A DNA stretch of 64,000 bases from the human T2T-CHM13v2.0 reference genome, Homo sapiens. Numbering within the stretch: position 1 is the first letter of the stretch; each line of letters starts with the position of its first letter. A model generated the notes under the pieces. That model did not search any database. It was not told where the DNA came from and saw only the letters and a list, made by a program, of their open reading frames with translations. Positions 1 through 13,095 of this stretch are shown in pieces. Where the stretch lies: assembly GCF_009914755.1 (NCBI RefSeq), contig NC_060925.1; one strand, given 5' to 3'. Made by a program: the position numbers and the translations under genes.

Positions 1-779
1 GAATGGGTAAGAAATGCAGGGAATAAACAGTGTGTGATGGGAAGGCTTCTCAGCCTTCCAAGGCCTGTTGGAGGTTTCACAGGATGTTCCTGCCAAGGGA
101 ATTCTCAAAGCTCAAAGCCATGGGGGTGGAGGCCCTGCTTCCCTCCGTCTTAAGAAGGATGTGACTTGGGCAAGTTTCAGTTTTAGCAGGATCGCCGTGT
201 CTTCAGAGGGAAAGAATGTTCTCAACCTTGAATCTTTTGCCAAGAAATGGTCCTGAGTGTTTTGAGGGGCAAAACTGCTGCTCCTGCTGCTCACTCAAGC
301 ACTGTTACTTGATATCAGCGGATTATTTCTCTCCAGAGGCTTGGGTCCCCTGGATGGAGGGCAACCCTAGCTGTTGCCCCAGGGGGAAGGCAGGGAGGAG
401 GCTCGGACGGAGTTAAGAAGCCTAGGTAGGCTGAGTTCTAGCTCTAGCTGGCTGCATGATCCTTCAATCATTGAGCCTTAGCCTTCCCATCTAAAGAAAG
501 GAGGACATCTTCCCTATTGATATGGAAGATCTTCCCTGTTGACATGGAATTCCGAGTGTGAAGTAATGCTATATGTGAAAAATGCCCTGGAGATCATAAA
601 GTGATGGACAGATGCTGTTTGTGAATGAGAAGAGTATTGGTGGAATAGAGGAAAACATAGACTCTCTTCAGTGAGTTAAGTTTATGTTTCTTGCATCTGC
701 CGATTCAAAAACATGTATGGCATTTCCTCCTTCTTGTAGGAGCTTCCTGTATGTTATACTCTCTGTTCCTCATTTGCCA

Positions 780-960
780 CATGTTATAGATGAGAAAACT
801 GGGGCTAAGGGAAGATAGACTGACCTGGTTTTCCCAAGATCACAGAGCTAGTAAGAGTAGGGGAGGAATTATCACCCCCATTTCTCCGGATGAGGAAACT
901 GAGGCACAGAGAGATTAATTCATTTGTCTGAAGTTATAGAGCCAGCAAGTGTGAAAGTTA
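780..960. mobile_element. MIR fragments (similar ones at ~3950-4250, 11200-11350, 18020-18390, 48050-48260, 60400-60660)
   Basis: MIR core motifs such as gatgaggaaactgaggcacagagagattaa. Confidence 0.6.
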
Positions 961-985
961 TACCTGAGTCTAAAAGAAAAAAATC

Positions 986-1269
<284 letters not shown>

Positions 1270-3622
1270 CCCTGAATCCAAATCTTTTAATGTTACTAAT
1301 TTAGGGTTCATGGACTCTTGAGGGGTTCTCAGAAAGACATCAGAAGGAAAGTTTGCATATGTGTACATTTTTGTGGGGAGAGGGATTCCATATATTGAAT
1401 CAACTTCTCAAATGAATCAGAAATCTTGGACCTGTAGTTGGTGCATAAGTAACTCTTTCTGTATTTAAACATTGATCATACTACAAGAAAAGCTTTAGTG
1501 ATGGCAAGTTACTCTGGCACTTAAAATGTGCTTAATTGTTACTGTGCTTCAAGGCTGTGAGTCAAAATGATTGATTTGCCTTTGATGCAGCTGGCCAACT
1601 TGAATTTTTCTTTCTCCTGGCTTAATAACTCTTCAATATCTATAAGATGTCAAGATCAAAATTTTTCCTTCTGATACCACATTTTGTTTAATCTTCAACT
1701 TAGGTGCAAACCCTAGACGAAAAAAGACTGTAATTCAACTCTTCAGTAGCCAGGATTGCCTGTCTCCAACCCCTTCTGAATCTAGTTATGTTGGATACTG
1801 GGAGAGAAGCATGTAGACTCTTTGGGCCTGACCTTTCTGATTTTTCTCTGGAAGGGCTTCACTGAAGGGGCACAGAAGAATAATGTTTCTACAGCATAGA
1901 TCCAGGGGCTCCTCCCCACCAGGAACCCAGCTTAGCAGGCAGGCTGTTCATGTGGAACTCGCCAAAACCCCGTGCAGGTGGATGTGCGGAAACACCAAAG
2001 AACTGCACGATTGTCCCTGCCTTTGGAAGGTCTCATTCCCTGTCATTCCTTCATTCAGTCAACAAACTTGGAGGACCCAGTATGTGCTACATTTTGAGGA
2101 TAAAGTGATGAACAACACAGACAAGATCCCTGCCCTTGTGGAGTCTATATTCAAACCAGAGCTTGACCTTCAAACTGAGAGACCAACTTAAAAATGGGGC
2201 CATCTGGCCACTAACTGTTATACACCCTCTGCTTGGGACACACGGTCTCAGCCCTCCTCCACCTTCAAGTCTGATAGGAGAGAGATTTCAGAGTGGCCCA
2301 AACAATCTAAAGTAAAAGTGAACAGAGTTCAAAATAAGTCCTCAAGGGCTGAGGGGAGACCAAGGGGAAGATAATGCGGTGAGGGCACTGAGAGAGGGAT
2401 TCCTAGAGGAATTGTACCTTGCTTTGAATTTTAGCCCTAAGCTGCAAATCCTAGCTAACTTCTAAGTAGATGCTGACAGCTGGCTTCTATTTGGTCTGCC
2501 ATATTGAATGGCTTTGTCCCCAGGACATGGTGGAGATTTAGACAACCCAGGGCAGAAAATCCTCTAGGAAAGGAAGTCTGAACTACACCGCTGGCTTTCT
2601 GAAAGGACAGGATTTGAGGAGCTGGGATGGTAGTAGGGGAGAGGGCAGCTGGGTGGGGTTTCTTCCAGGAAACAATGTGGATGCAAGATGCAGTCCTCGT
2701 CCCTGGCCTGCCCTTACCGCTTTAGTATTTCAGATGAGTCAGCTCTCACTCTGCCACCTGCTTTCTGTAACTCTGCAGCAGGCCAGCAGCCTCCAGTCCA
2801 CCCTCTCCTCCTCCCAGGGCTCTGGGGTGAACCCCTCCCCAGGAACTCCCTGGCTCCCAGTACCCATGGGAGAAGCTCTTTTCAACTGACATGATTTATT
2901 TTAACAATAAGAGGAAAAAACCACATCCAATTTCCACAGAATTAGAGTTCCTCCTGACACGCCTGGACTTGCCAGTTGGGAAGGACACTCTCAAGCCATC
3001 CTCTATGCCATTTGCCGTTCTGCTGTTCCTTTGCTTGGAGGGAAGAGATGCCTGTTTCTATAGGGAGGAAGTTTGAAGTGAGAAGAGAGGACAAAGATTC
3101 TGTGAATGGAAAGAGCACTGGACTGAGAGTTCAGGGATGTGGCCTCCGGTCCCAGCTCCACCACTACTCAGTTGTCTGACGAAGGAAACAGAAAGTTGTG
3201 ATACAATGTGGGTGACACATTGCCTAGAAAGAAGTGCCGTTGTGATACGCTTATGTTGGTGGGATGGGGGAAAGAAATAACAGGTTTGTATGGAGTGTTA
3301 TGAAAGAATTAAATCTTAACCTTCCATTGGGGTAAGCTGATGGAAACAACCATAGCAAAGGACAGACTGAATATTTTTTTATTCTCTTTATAGAAAATAA
3401 CAGTAAAAAAAAGTATTGACATAGGAGAAGGAAACAAAAAGTTGTCAGGAGTTAATGAATAGAAATATTATTTTTTTCTGGATTTTATGGTGTTTGTGTT
3501 ATTTGTTAGCTTTTATGAATTTGTAATTTGTTGTAATTTCTTTCTAAATAAGTATTTACTTTTGTCTCTAATTTTGTCCATCTATTTTTGAATTCAATTT
3601 TCAAATTCAAAACGCTTCTCTC

Positions 3623-3940
3623 GGCCGGGCACGGTGGCTCACGCCTGTAATCCCAGCACTTTGGGAGGTCGAGGAGGGCGGATCACGAGGTCAGGAGATC
3701 GAGACCATCCTGGCTAACACAGTGAAACCCCGTCTCTACTAAAAATACAAAAAATTAGCCAGGCGAGGTGGTGGGCGCCTGTAGTCCCAGCTACTCGGGA
3801 GGCTGAGGCAGGAGAATGGCGTGAACCCCGGGGGGCGGAGCCTGCAGTGAGCCGAGATCGTGCCACTGTACTCCAGCCTGGGTGACAGCGAGACTCCGTC
3901 TCAAAAAAAAAAACAAAACAAAAAAAAAAACAAAAAGAAC
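3623..3940 (+). mobile_element. AluY-family (Ye-like diagnostics)
   Basis: Full-length and CpG-rich, with GAACCCCGGGGGGCGGAGCCTGCAG. TSD AAAACGCTTCTCTC/AAAATGCTTCTCTC. Confidence 0.95.
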
Positions 3941-4287
3941 AAAATGCTTCTCTCTGGGCCTCAGCTGTTCCCTCATCTGTAAATGAGAAGGGTGGGCCAG
4001 ATGCTCTTTCATGTCTGGTGTAATGAAGCCCTGGAGTGGGCTGCCTATGACTGCACCCAGCTGTACCACACCCCACCTGGGTGTCTTTGGGTGAAGTACT
4101 TGGTAGCTCCAAGTCTCATCTTCCTTATCCAAAATGATGGACACAAAAATAGTATTGACCTCATGGAATAGGTGTGAAGATGAAAACAGACAATGCATAT
4201 GGATGCTTCACACAGACCCTGGGGTGGCAAATGTGCTCAGTACTTGTTAGTTATTAGTGTGAGTCTACTCTTTTAGTCTATGAATTT

Positions 4288-4834
4288 TGTTAGAGGAACT
4301 CCTGCTTACCAGGCCTCTGGTTTAATAAAACATGACTGGAGTGACTCCATCCTGAAGTGAGTAGGCTAGGCACTCACAAGTCACCTATAGGGTTAATGCT
4401 TTATGGTCTGAAAATAGCCACATTTCTAAGCTCACCACCACTTATAATTACAGAAGATTGATGGCTATATAGGACATCTCCCACCAAGCCTGCAGAATGT
4501 CCAGATGTCCCAAGTACAGCCCACTTTACTCAGAGATAACGTCAATGAGCAGACTCAAGTTGAAGGATTAATGGTCACTAGAGCACCAACAGCCCCTACC
4601 TTTAGTGAGCACATCTGCACATTCCAAGTTTAATCATAGCTCCTTATAGCTTCTTATAAGCAGAGATGTTCCTAAAGGACAGGGGTTCCTCCTCCTGCTT
4701 TCTGGGCATGCCCTACTCTCTAATGGAGTAGTTTCCAATAAATTTGCTTCTTTGTCTGTGCTCCAATTCTTTCCTGTGTGAGATCTAAGAACCCACTCTT
4801 GGGGTCTAGATTGGGATCCCCTTTTCTGGCAACA
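4288..4834 (+). mobile_element. ERV1 solo LTR, MER41-group-like
   Basis: TG...CA ends, internal AATAAA, and a MER41-like 3' end (gagatctaagaacccactcttggggtctagattgggatcccc). Confidence 0.75.
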
Positions 4835-5126
4835 TCTTGAGTATGTGACCATGAGAAATGTTAGAAATTGGAGTGAAAGGTACGTAAACATTTGAACCCA
4901 ATACCATTCTCTGGTTCTCCCAGAGGCACAGTAAAAAAAAGTATTGACATAGAAGAAGGAAACAAAAAGTTGTCAGGAGTTAAAGAATAAAGATTTTTTT
5001 TTCTGGATTTTGTGGTGTTTGTGGTATTTGTTAGCTTTTATGATTTGTAATTTGTTGTAATTTCTCTTTCTAAATAAACGTTTACTTTTGTCTCTAATTT
5101 TGTATTTCTATTTTTGAATTCAATTT

Positions 5127-5600
<474 letters not shown>

Positions 5601-6793
5601 AGCGGGAATATAAAAAAGGAAAGTAGTGGTCAACTCAACCAGGGTTGAAGTGGGGAGGAGGAGGGGAGTGGGGAGAGGAAAGGAAGAGGGGAGAAGTTTC
5701 ACAAAGGAAGTCACACTGGAGCTAGGTTTTGAACGTTAGGTTGGTGTTTACAAGGTAGGTGAGGCAGCGGGGCTTTCTAGGTGAGATGAGCCTGTGAGGT
5801 GTGGGAGATCTGCAAGAGAGATGAGGCGGAAAATGTAGGCGAAGTCCAGGCTGTGATGGGTCTGGATGCTGTGGGGAGCAGATTTCCTGCTACTGGGAGG
5901 CCCCAGGGCGTTATGCTGGGAGTTTTAGACTGGAGAGTTCCAAGACTGGGTTTGCATTTTAAAAAGTCCACCTACCTAGGGAAGAGTGGATTGTTCAGGA
6001 GAGGAATGGGGAGGCATCAGTTGGGCTCTTTCCATTACTATCCCTCCATCCCATCACCACTGGGGCTCTTTCATAACATTTGAACCACAGAGCCCATTGA
6101 CATAAGATGTGTCACCCAGGGTCTGAGGCTTTGAACAGACTTTGACCAAGATCCCTGTGGGCAAAAAAGGAGGAGGAGAAGGAAGTACAGGCTGAAGTGG
6201 CATAGGTGCCCAATGTGGATTTGTGCTTCCCTCCCCAGGAGCACAGGTGTGGCCAGTTTGTATTTCCTTAAGTCCTCAGCTTCCTGGGTAATGACAAGTC
6301 AGAACAGCATGGCTTAGGAGAGTTATGTCACCTCCTCTGCTGAATGGGCTTGAGGTTCCTCACAAGTCTAGGTTCCTTTCCACTCTACCTAATCCTAGAG
6401 TGAAAGGGCAGCATGGGGTTAGAAAGGGCGCTGAGCCAGAGGTAAGGAGATAGAGGTTTGAGAGCAGTTGTGCCACTTCCTTGCGGTGCCATGGGGGGCT
6501 GGTTCACTTCTCTATTTCCTCATCGCTGTAATGTGAACATTGAACTGAGTTATCTCTGTTATATTTTCTGACTCTCATTTCCAAATATCACAATAAAGGA
6601 GAGCCAACCCCACTGAAAATGAGGAATAAAAGAGAGAGAAAAGATAAAAAAACAAAAACAAAACAAAGGAGAAACTTCTTTAGGTTTAAATTTCCCAGTT
6701 CTTTTTCTCACCTTTTTTTTTGTTTTATTTTCAAAGCTATACAGAAGTTCACACATATCATTATGATCTAGATATATTTACCAAGACATTTAA

Positions 6794-7165
<372 letters not shown>

Positions 7166-9381
7166 TACGTTTCTTTTTTTACAAATTCGTTCTCAGTCAT
7201 ACTTCTTCGTGTTTTATAGTCCTCATAATGATAGGTTCTTTCTCAAATCTAACCAAAATTACTCATATAGATCTAATACATTTCATCTAAATCCTGCAAT
7301 GGGCCACACATTGCTCAAGTCCATGGAGCCTCATTCCCACAGAAGGCAATAGGCATGGTACCCTCTGGAATTATGCAATTTTTGTATGCGCTCAAGACTC
7401 AGTACTTAGGAATGGCCAGGATCCACTCTTTTAAGGGAAGGAAATTGCCCTGGCATCATTATGAAAAATTCATGAGGTTGGAGTGCATGTTAGGCGGGGA
7501 TAAGGAATTGGAAGACATGAGAGAGTTGTGTCCAGAACATGTCAAACTCAAAGCATTCTCCATTCTGGCTCGCCAATCTTCCCTCACATTCTTTCTGCTT
7601 CCCTACTCAACAAGTGGAAAATTGAGCTCTGATATCTCAATGGTGGGTCCATTGGTCCCAGAAGTCCTAATTCTAAGGCAGATGCAACCTTGTGTCTGGA
7701 GACCAGATTCATAATTGAATTGCAATCCTGGGAAAGATGCCATTCTATCTCAATCTATATTCTTATTTTTGATATTAGGGGTCAGGCAGCAAGGCTTAAG
7801 ATGAAGAGAACTTATTTCTTATTGTTCCCCCTTCTTCCTGATTTAGGAGCTCTAAAGGGAATTATAAAATTGATAATAAATGTCATTTTCAAGTTGCTTA
7901 TTATGCGCCAGGTACTGTGCTGAGGAATTATGTGTAATCACTTCATCTTCATGCTGCGCCTACATGGTGAACGTGCAGTAGGCATGATGTGTACCATTTT
8001 ACAGATGAGTAAACAGGCACTGAGATTAAGTGGCTTGCCTTCAGTCTGACAGCCATAGAAAGCAGAGCCAGTCAACCCAGCTTCCAGTACCAGCGATTAT
8101 GGTACACCACATGCTGGAAGAGGAGCTATAAACACATCACTTATTTCCCTTCCCCTGCAAGCTTCCTGATATGACATATCTGCCCTGAAATGAAAGCTAG
8201 GTCAGAACATATAGCCTGAGCACAAGGGGTGAATGTGGGGTGAGACTCAGCATGGACAGTGTTGTAAATCCCCTTACATGTGCAGCTGGGCTCTGAGCTG
8301 CTATTCTCACATGTGCAGAGGGACTCCGAGCCAGGCAGCTCAGGCCCTGCTGGGAAAACAGCACCCACCTCCCTCCATCCCACCCCTCTGGGGGAAACAA
8401 GGGTGGGAGTAGGGGAGATTCCCGAGGTCAAGAGTAGCTCTTTGCACCCTCTCCAAAGGAGCAGAAAGATGTCCATTAGCTCCTAACAAAGGTGTCTTCT
8501 CCTTTTCCAGGTGCCTGGCACACAGGATAGAAATACATAATATTTATTAAGGAGTACTTACTATGACACAGGTCCTTTAGCTCATTCAAATCCTCACAGT
8601 TTTATTTTACCTATTTTATGGAGCTTCAGAAAGGCTTTAAGTAGCTTTTCCAGTGTCTATAGACCTAATGCATTTCATCCAGACTCTGCAATAGGGCCAC
8701 ATATTGCTCAACTCCATGGAACCTCATTCCCATAGAAGGCAATAGGCATGGTAACCTTTCTGAGCAAGGCAGAGAGGGTACCTGCCTGGCCATACCCTCG
8801 TCTTATTTCCTTAATTGTTTTCTTTCTTCTTTAAGATATAGCTGATTAATCATTATTATGAAATGCCTCTTTCTTCTGGGTCTTGACATGCAGCTTCTAG
8901 GAAAAATGATAAACTCCCCATCTCCATGCAAATGAGATTTTTTTTGCAATTCTATGTTCATACAGAAAAATCCAAGTTAGGTCACTTTCCTGAGAGCTGT
9001 GGCATGCTACCAAGAAGAGAAGGGAGATAAGGAAGAAGAGAAGAGAGTGAACCAGGGTTTAAATCCAGAACTACGTTGTGAACCACTATAGTCTACCACT
9101 TCCCTCAACACTTACCATTTTATTATGTCCAAGATGCTGGACCACAAGACATCAAGTGCCTGGGGTTTCTTTCCCTTGCACCTGTCCCGTAAAAGGCCCT
9201 GATCTTTCCTGTCCCTTTTCCTTCTCTGCCGGTGCCCTGTGGCCCTCTCTGTCTCCCAAATCTGGCTGCAGGAACAGGGTTTGTACCAGCCCAGTGGGGT
9301 CTCATAATTGCACCTCATCCCAAGGTCACTTCATTTGGTTAAAAATAAGCTCCATTTATTCTGGGAGTCTGTGTTTGGGGA

Positions 9382-9827
9382 TGTCAAAAGACAAAATTAC
9401 AACACATTTAGTTTAAAGATCTTAATTGGCTTTTATTTGCAATTCTAGAATCAGGCAACATCCTATTTTATAAAAATAGAATGAGTGGTCCCATGAGCTG
9501 ACAGAGGAGAGTGGTTTTGTGGGCAGACAACTGCTAGAGGAAGCAGAAACAGAGAACAAAAAGCAAACTGGTCATTTAAAAGTTACTTTCCTTGTAAAGG
9601 TTAGAGCAGAGGAGACTTCCTTATACGCTGGCTAAAACTGGCTTGTTTCAGGATTTGGCTATTATCTTTCTCTCTCCTGATTTCTCAGAAGGTTAGATAA
9701 ACAGTTTAGTTTCAGCTTGGTGGTGTGGAACTTCATTCAGCATGAGCGACTCCATTTAGGTTTGGCCTATTGGCCTAGTGCAGTAACTCAGTCCAAACCA
9801 ATTACCCCCTGGAAATTTTATTTAATG
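9382..9827 (-). mobile_element. ERV1 solo LTR, MER31-like
   Basis: The reverse complement begins ttaaataaaatttcc...ttggactgagttactgcactaggcc, as recalled for MER31. Confidence 0.7.
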
Positions 9828-10002
9828 GGAAGAAACTGTTTATACCCTATCTTTTCATTGCCCCAAACCTGATCCCTAGAGAACTTCTTGGTAAAGAGTT
9901 TATGTAAAAAGGTAATTTAGTTAGAGAGTCTTCTAGCCCAAGAATAAGGATTTCAGGTCCTGGCTCTGCCACTGGCTGATCTTAAACCTCTCTTCTTTCC
10001 AG

Positions 10003-10689
10003 TCTCATTTTCTCTCTCTCTGCATTAATCAAGAATGAGAGAACCCTCCAGGGGACAAGATGAAGGGGAAATAGATGATGTGCAAAGAAATCCTTGCTTT
10101 ATGAGGGGAAAAAGTGTTCCTCATGAAGTTCAACAAAATGATGCAGGTAAAGCAGTTAGCTAGCACCTGGCACATGGCAGACACTCATAGCTGCCTAAGG
10201 CATTGGAGAACTGGATCGTGCTGCAGCCAGAGGCACCTGCAGAGCCTCATGGGCTGGCTGCTGCAGGGTGTGGCTGATTGAGAGTGCTTTTGTGAGTTGG
10301 CCTGCAGGGTACACTTGGTAACGTGCCACAGCTCTCAGGAAAGTGACCTAAGTTGGATTTTTCTGCATGGACATAGAATTGCAAAAAATTCTCATTTGCA
10401 TGGAGATGGGGAGTTTATTTTTCCTAGAAGCTGCATGTCAAGACCCAGAAGAAAGAGGCATTTCATAATAATGATTAATCAGCTATATCTTAAAGAAGAA
10501 AGAAAACAATTAAGGAAATACAATACTAAGAAAACAAGGGGAAAAAACAATCTCCCCAAGGTGGATCCACCCAGCAAACCTTGAGAGCATTTCCTCTTAT
10601 CCACCTGAATAAAAATGACCAGCCCTTTCCAAATGGCAGAGAGCACTGAGAGGAGACACAAGGAGCAGCCCGCAAGCACCAAGTGAGAG
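10003..10689 (+). other. IL19: IL19 5' non-coding exon (long form; a shorter form may start near 10640)
   Basis: Polypyrimidine acceptor tcttctttccag| at 10002 and donor GAG|gtgagg at 10689. Matches my recollection of an IL19 mRNA leader ending ...caagtgagag-gcATG. Confidence 0.8.
10370..10640 (+). promoter_or_regulatory. IL19: IL19 proximal promoter candidate
   Basis: Octamer ATTTGCAT 10394-10401, GAS TTCCTAGAA 10421-10429, C/EBP-like ATTGCAAAA ~10378 and TATA-like AATAAAAA ~10608, just upstream of the 10689 donor. Confidence 0.55.
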
Positions 10690-12949
10690 GTGAGGCTCAC
10701 GCTGTCCGTCATCAGGGGCTCCTATGCACCGCCATCCTAGCCCTCCTCCTTCACTGCCGCAGGGAGGTGACCTGTTACCATTGTGTATGGCTATGATGTT
10801 CCAGATGCTGGGCATTTGGTAGAATGGGAAGGGGTACTCTATAGAAAAGGTGAATTTTCTAGTATCTTATTTTCAACGAGAAGAGATAGAGAGTGGGAAA
10901 GAAGGAGTGAAGGAAGGAAAGGTCAAGGATTTAATGTCTTTACTATTGCTTTTTTGTTCCAAGAACTGTGTTGGGCACTTTATAATGTGTTATCATTGTT
11001 TAATCCTTTGCAATGTGAAATATCTTTTTAAATGTAAGGAGCATCACTGGTTCAGAAATGGGTTCCTGTCTGTCTGGTGTCAGGGGAGCTACTGGGATCC
11101 CAGGCTATGATGTCAGAGGGAAACAATGTTGTAAGTGGGGTGGAGTAGCAGTAAAGACAGCCAGCTCAGGGACTGGCCCGCCTTCTCTCAAACCCTGGCT
11201 TGGGCAGGTTACTTCATTTTTTTGGTAAAATGGGAACAGAAACAGAGCCTACTTCATAGGGTGGTTGTGAGCATTAAATGAGAAAATTACGTAAAATTCT
11301 TGGGACAGTGCCCAATGCACATGGCACGCAGGATAAATGTTACTTACTACTAATATCTGAATTAGCCAAGATGTCTGGAATTGCCTCACCAAGCTAAGGG
11401 AGACATCTTTCTCCTCCACAAAATGCGCAAGTCTCCTGGCATGGGATGAGCAGGCAATATCTGCCTGCTTCTGAGAGTTACCTTGTCAGAAGAAAAACTG
11501 CACTCTCTTTCTTGGCTTTCTAGAAGCACCCCAGTAGCGTTCTGAGGAGACAGAGCTCTGGGGGACTCTCTACAAACTTCCCTGGCAATGGGGCCCATCC
11601 TTGTTTAGCCAGAAAGAGAGGTTGATAAAAGAGGAAAGGAGCTCTTTGGCTTAATGCCTGCCACGTGGTAAGGTCTTGACATACACCTGTCTATTCCCTG
11701 GGAATGATGCCCAGTTAAGGAGAGACAGGCAAAAATGGTTTCTAAACAGGATTTGCTGTTTCTGGCTTTCCAGAGGAGCTGGGAATCCTGAGGAAGGCAT
11801 GGGGAGTGGGGGCAGCTGGGGTTCACACTCACACGTGTGAGTTACAGCAGCTTTAACTATAGCTCTACAGTCCTCGCAGCTGGCTCCCTGTGTCTTATGC
11901 CCTCCTCTCCTCCACGGCCACACACGATACACTTACCTTGGCACACACAGCTGTAAATGGGAGATCTCAGTGGGCACCATGCAAAGTGCATAGCAGAGGG
12001 CTGCTCTCGTCACATGTGTTGTCATAAGACATGCGTTAAGGCTAAGCTCTATTTATAAGCTTGTGAAATGTGGGTGAAAACAGAGATAACCCCATAAGCT
12101 GTACCATTATATTTTACGCACTTTTCTCTGTGCGCATTATGTGGCACAATACAAAGTGGTTAAATGAAGAGGCAGCAAGAAAGACAGAGGCAAGAAGGGT
12201 AAGAGAATGAGAAGCGGTGGCAAACCTCTCAGGGTCTGGCCCTGGCTATGAAGCAGCTAGCTGCAAACATGCCCCTCATACCCTTTGGCTCAGCAGGTGA
12301 CCGACGGGAAGTTGCCAAGCTGCCCTCTACCATTGGCTTCTTCCCCTAGCTCCTTATTGTGGCTAATTAGTTCTTGAAGATGCCTTGTGCCTCCCTTTCC
12401 CATCTCTCCAGAAGGTGAAATCTCCACAGCTGGCTTCAAACAAATGATTTTAAGCAGATACACTCTTGAGGTTTATAATAAAAGGGTGTTACTTATTTCA
12501 GGGGCAAACATCAAAAACCAAGTGTGTTTTTATGGTTTTTCACATCTGTTGCCGAATTCCTAGGGCATCTTACCAACCCTGCTTTTCCTATTTAATTTAT
12601 TAAAAACAATGCTTTTCACCCCTGTTGACAAAGTAGGCTGTGTTGAGTCATAGGAGAGTGATATGCATACAAGTATGCTTCCTGGGACTTAAGAGAGTGG
12701 TGTATCGTGTTTTCTGGGGTGGAGGTGGGGGCATGGGGTGAGGGTGGGGAAGAACTCATATCCAGTTGACTCAAGAAAACCAGAGGAGATACATACCCCT
12801 GTAACTCCTCAAGGCTGAAGTGTTTAGTGTTGTTTTCTTGTATTCCTCCCGGCCTGCCTTCGAGGCTGGAAAGGAGCGTCAATCAGGGGTCTTCTTTTTC
12901 ATTGCCCTCCACTCTTGGCTGGACAGCTGACTTCCTCTCCTTTCTGCAG

Positions 12950-13095
12950 GCATGAAGTTACAGTGTGTTTCCCTTTGGCTCCTGGGTACAATACTGATAT
13001 TGTGCTCAGTAGACAACCACGGTCTCAGGAGATGTCTGATTTCCACAGACATGCACCATATAGAAGAGAGTTTCCAAGAAATCAAAAGAGCCATC
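12950..13095 (+). CDS. IL19: IL19 coding exon 1 (ATG 12952; 48 aa)
   Basis: Acceptor tttctgcag|gc, then ATG. Donor ATC|gtgagt. Confidence 0.98.
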
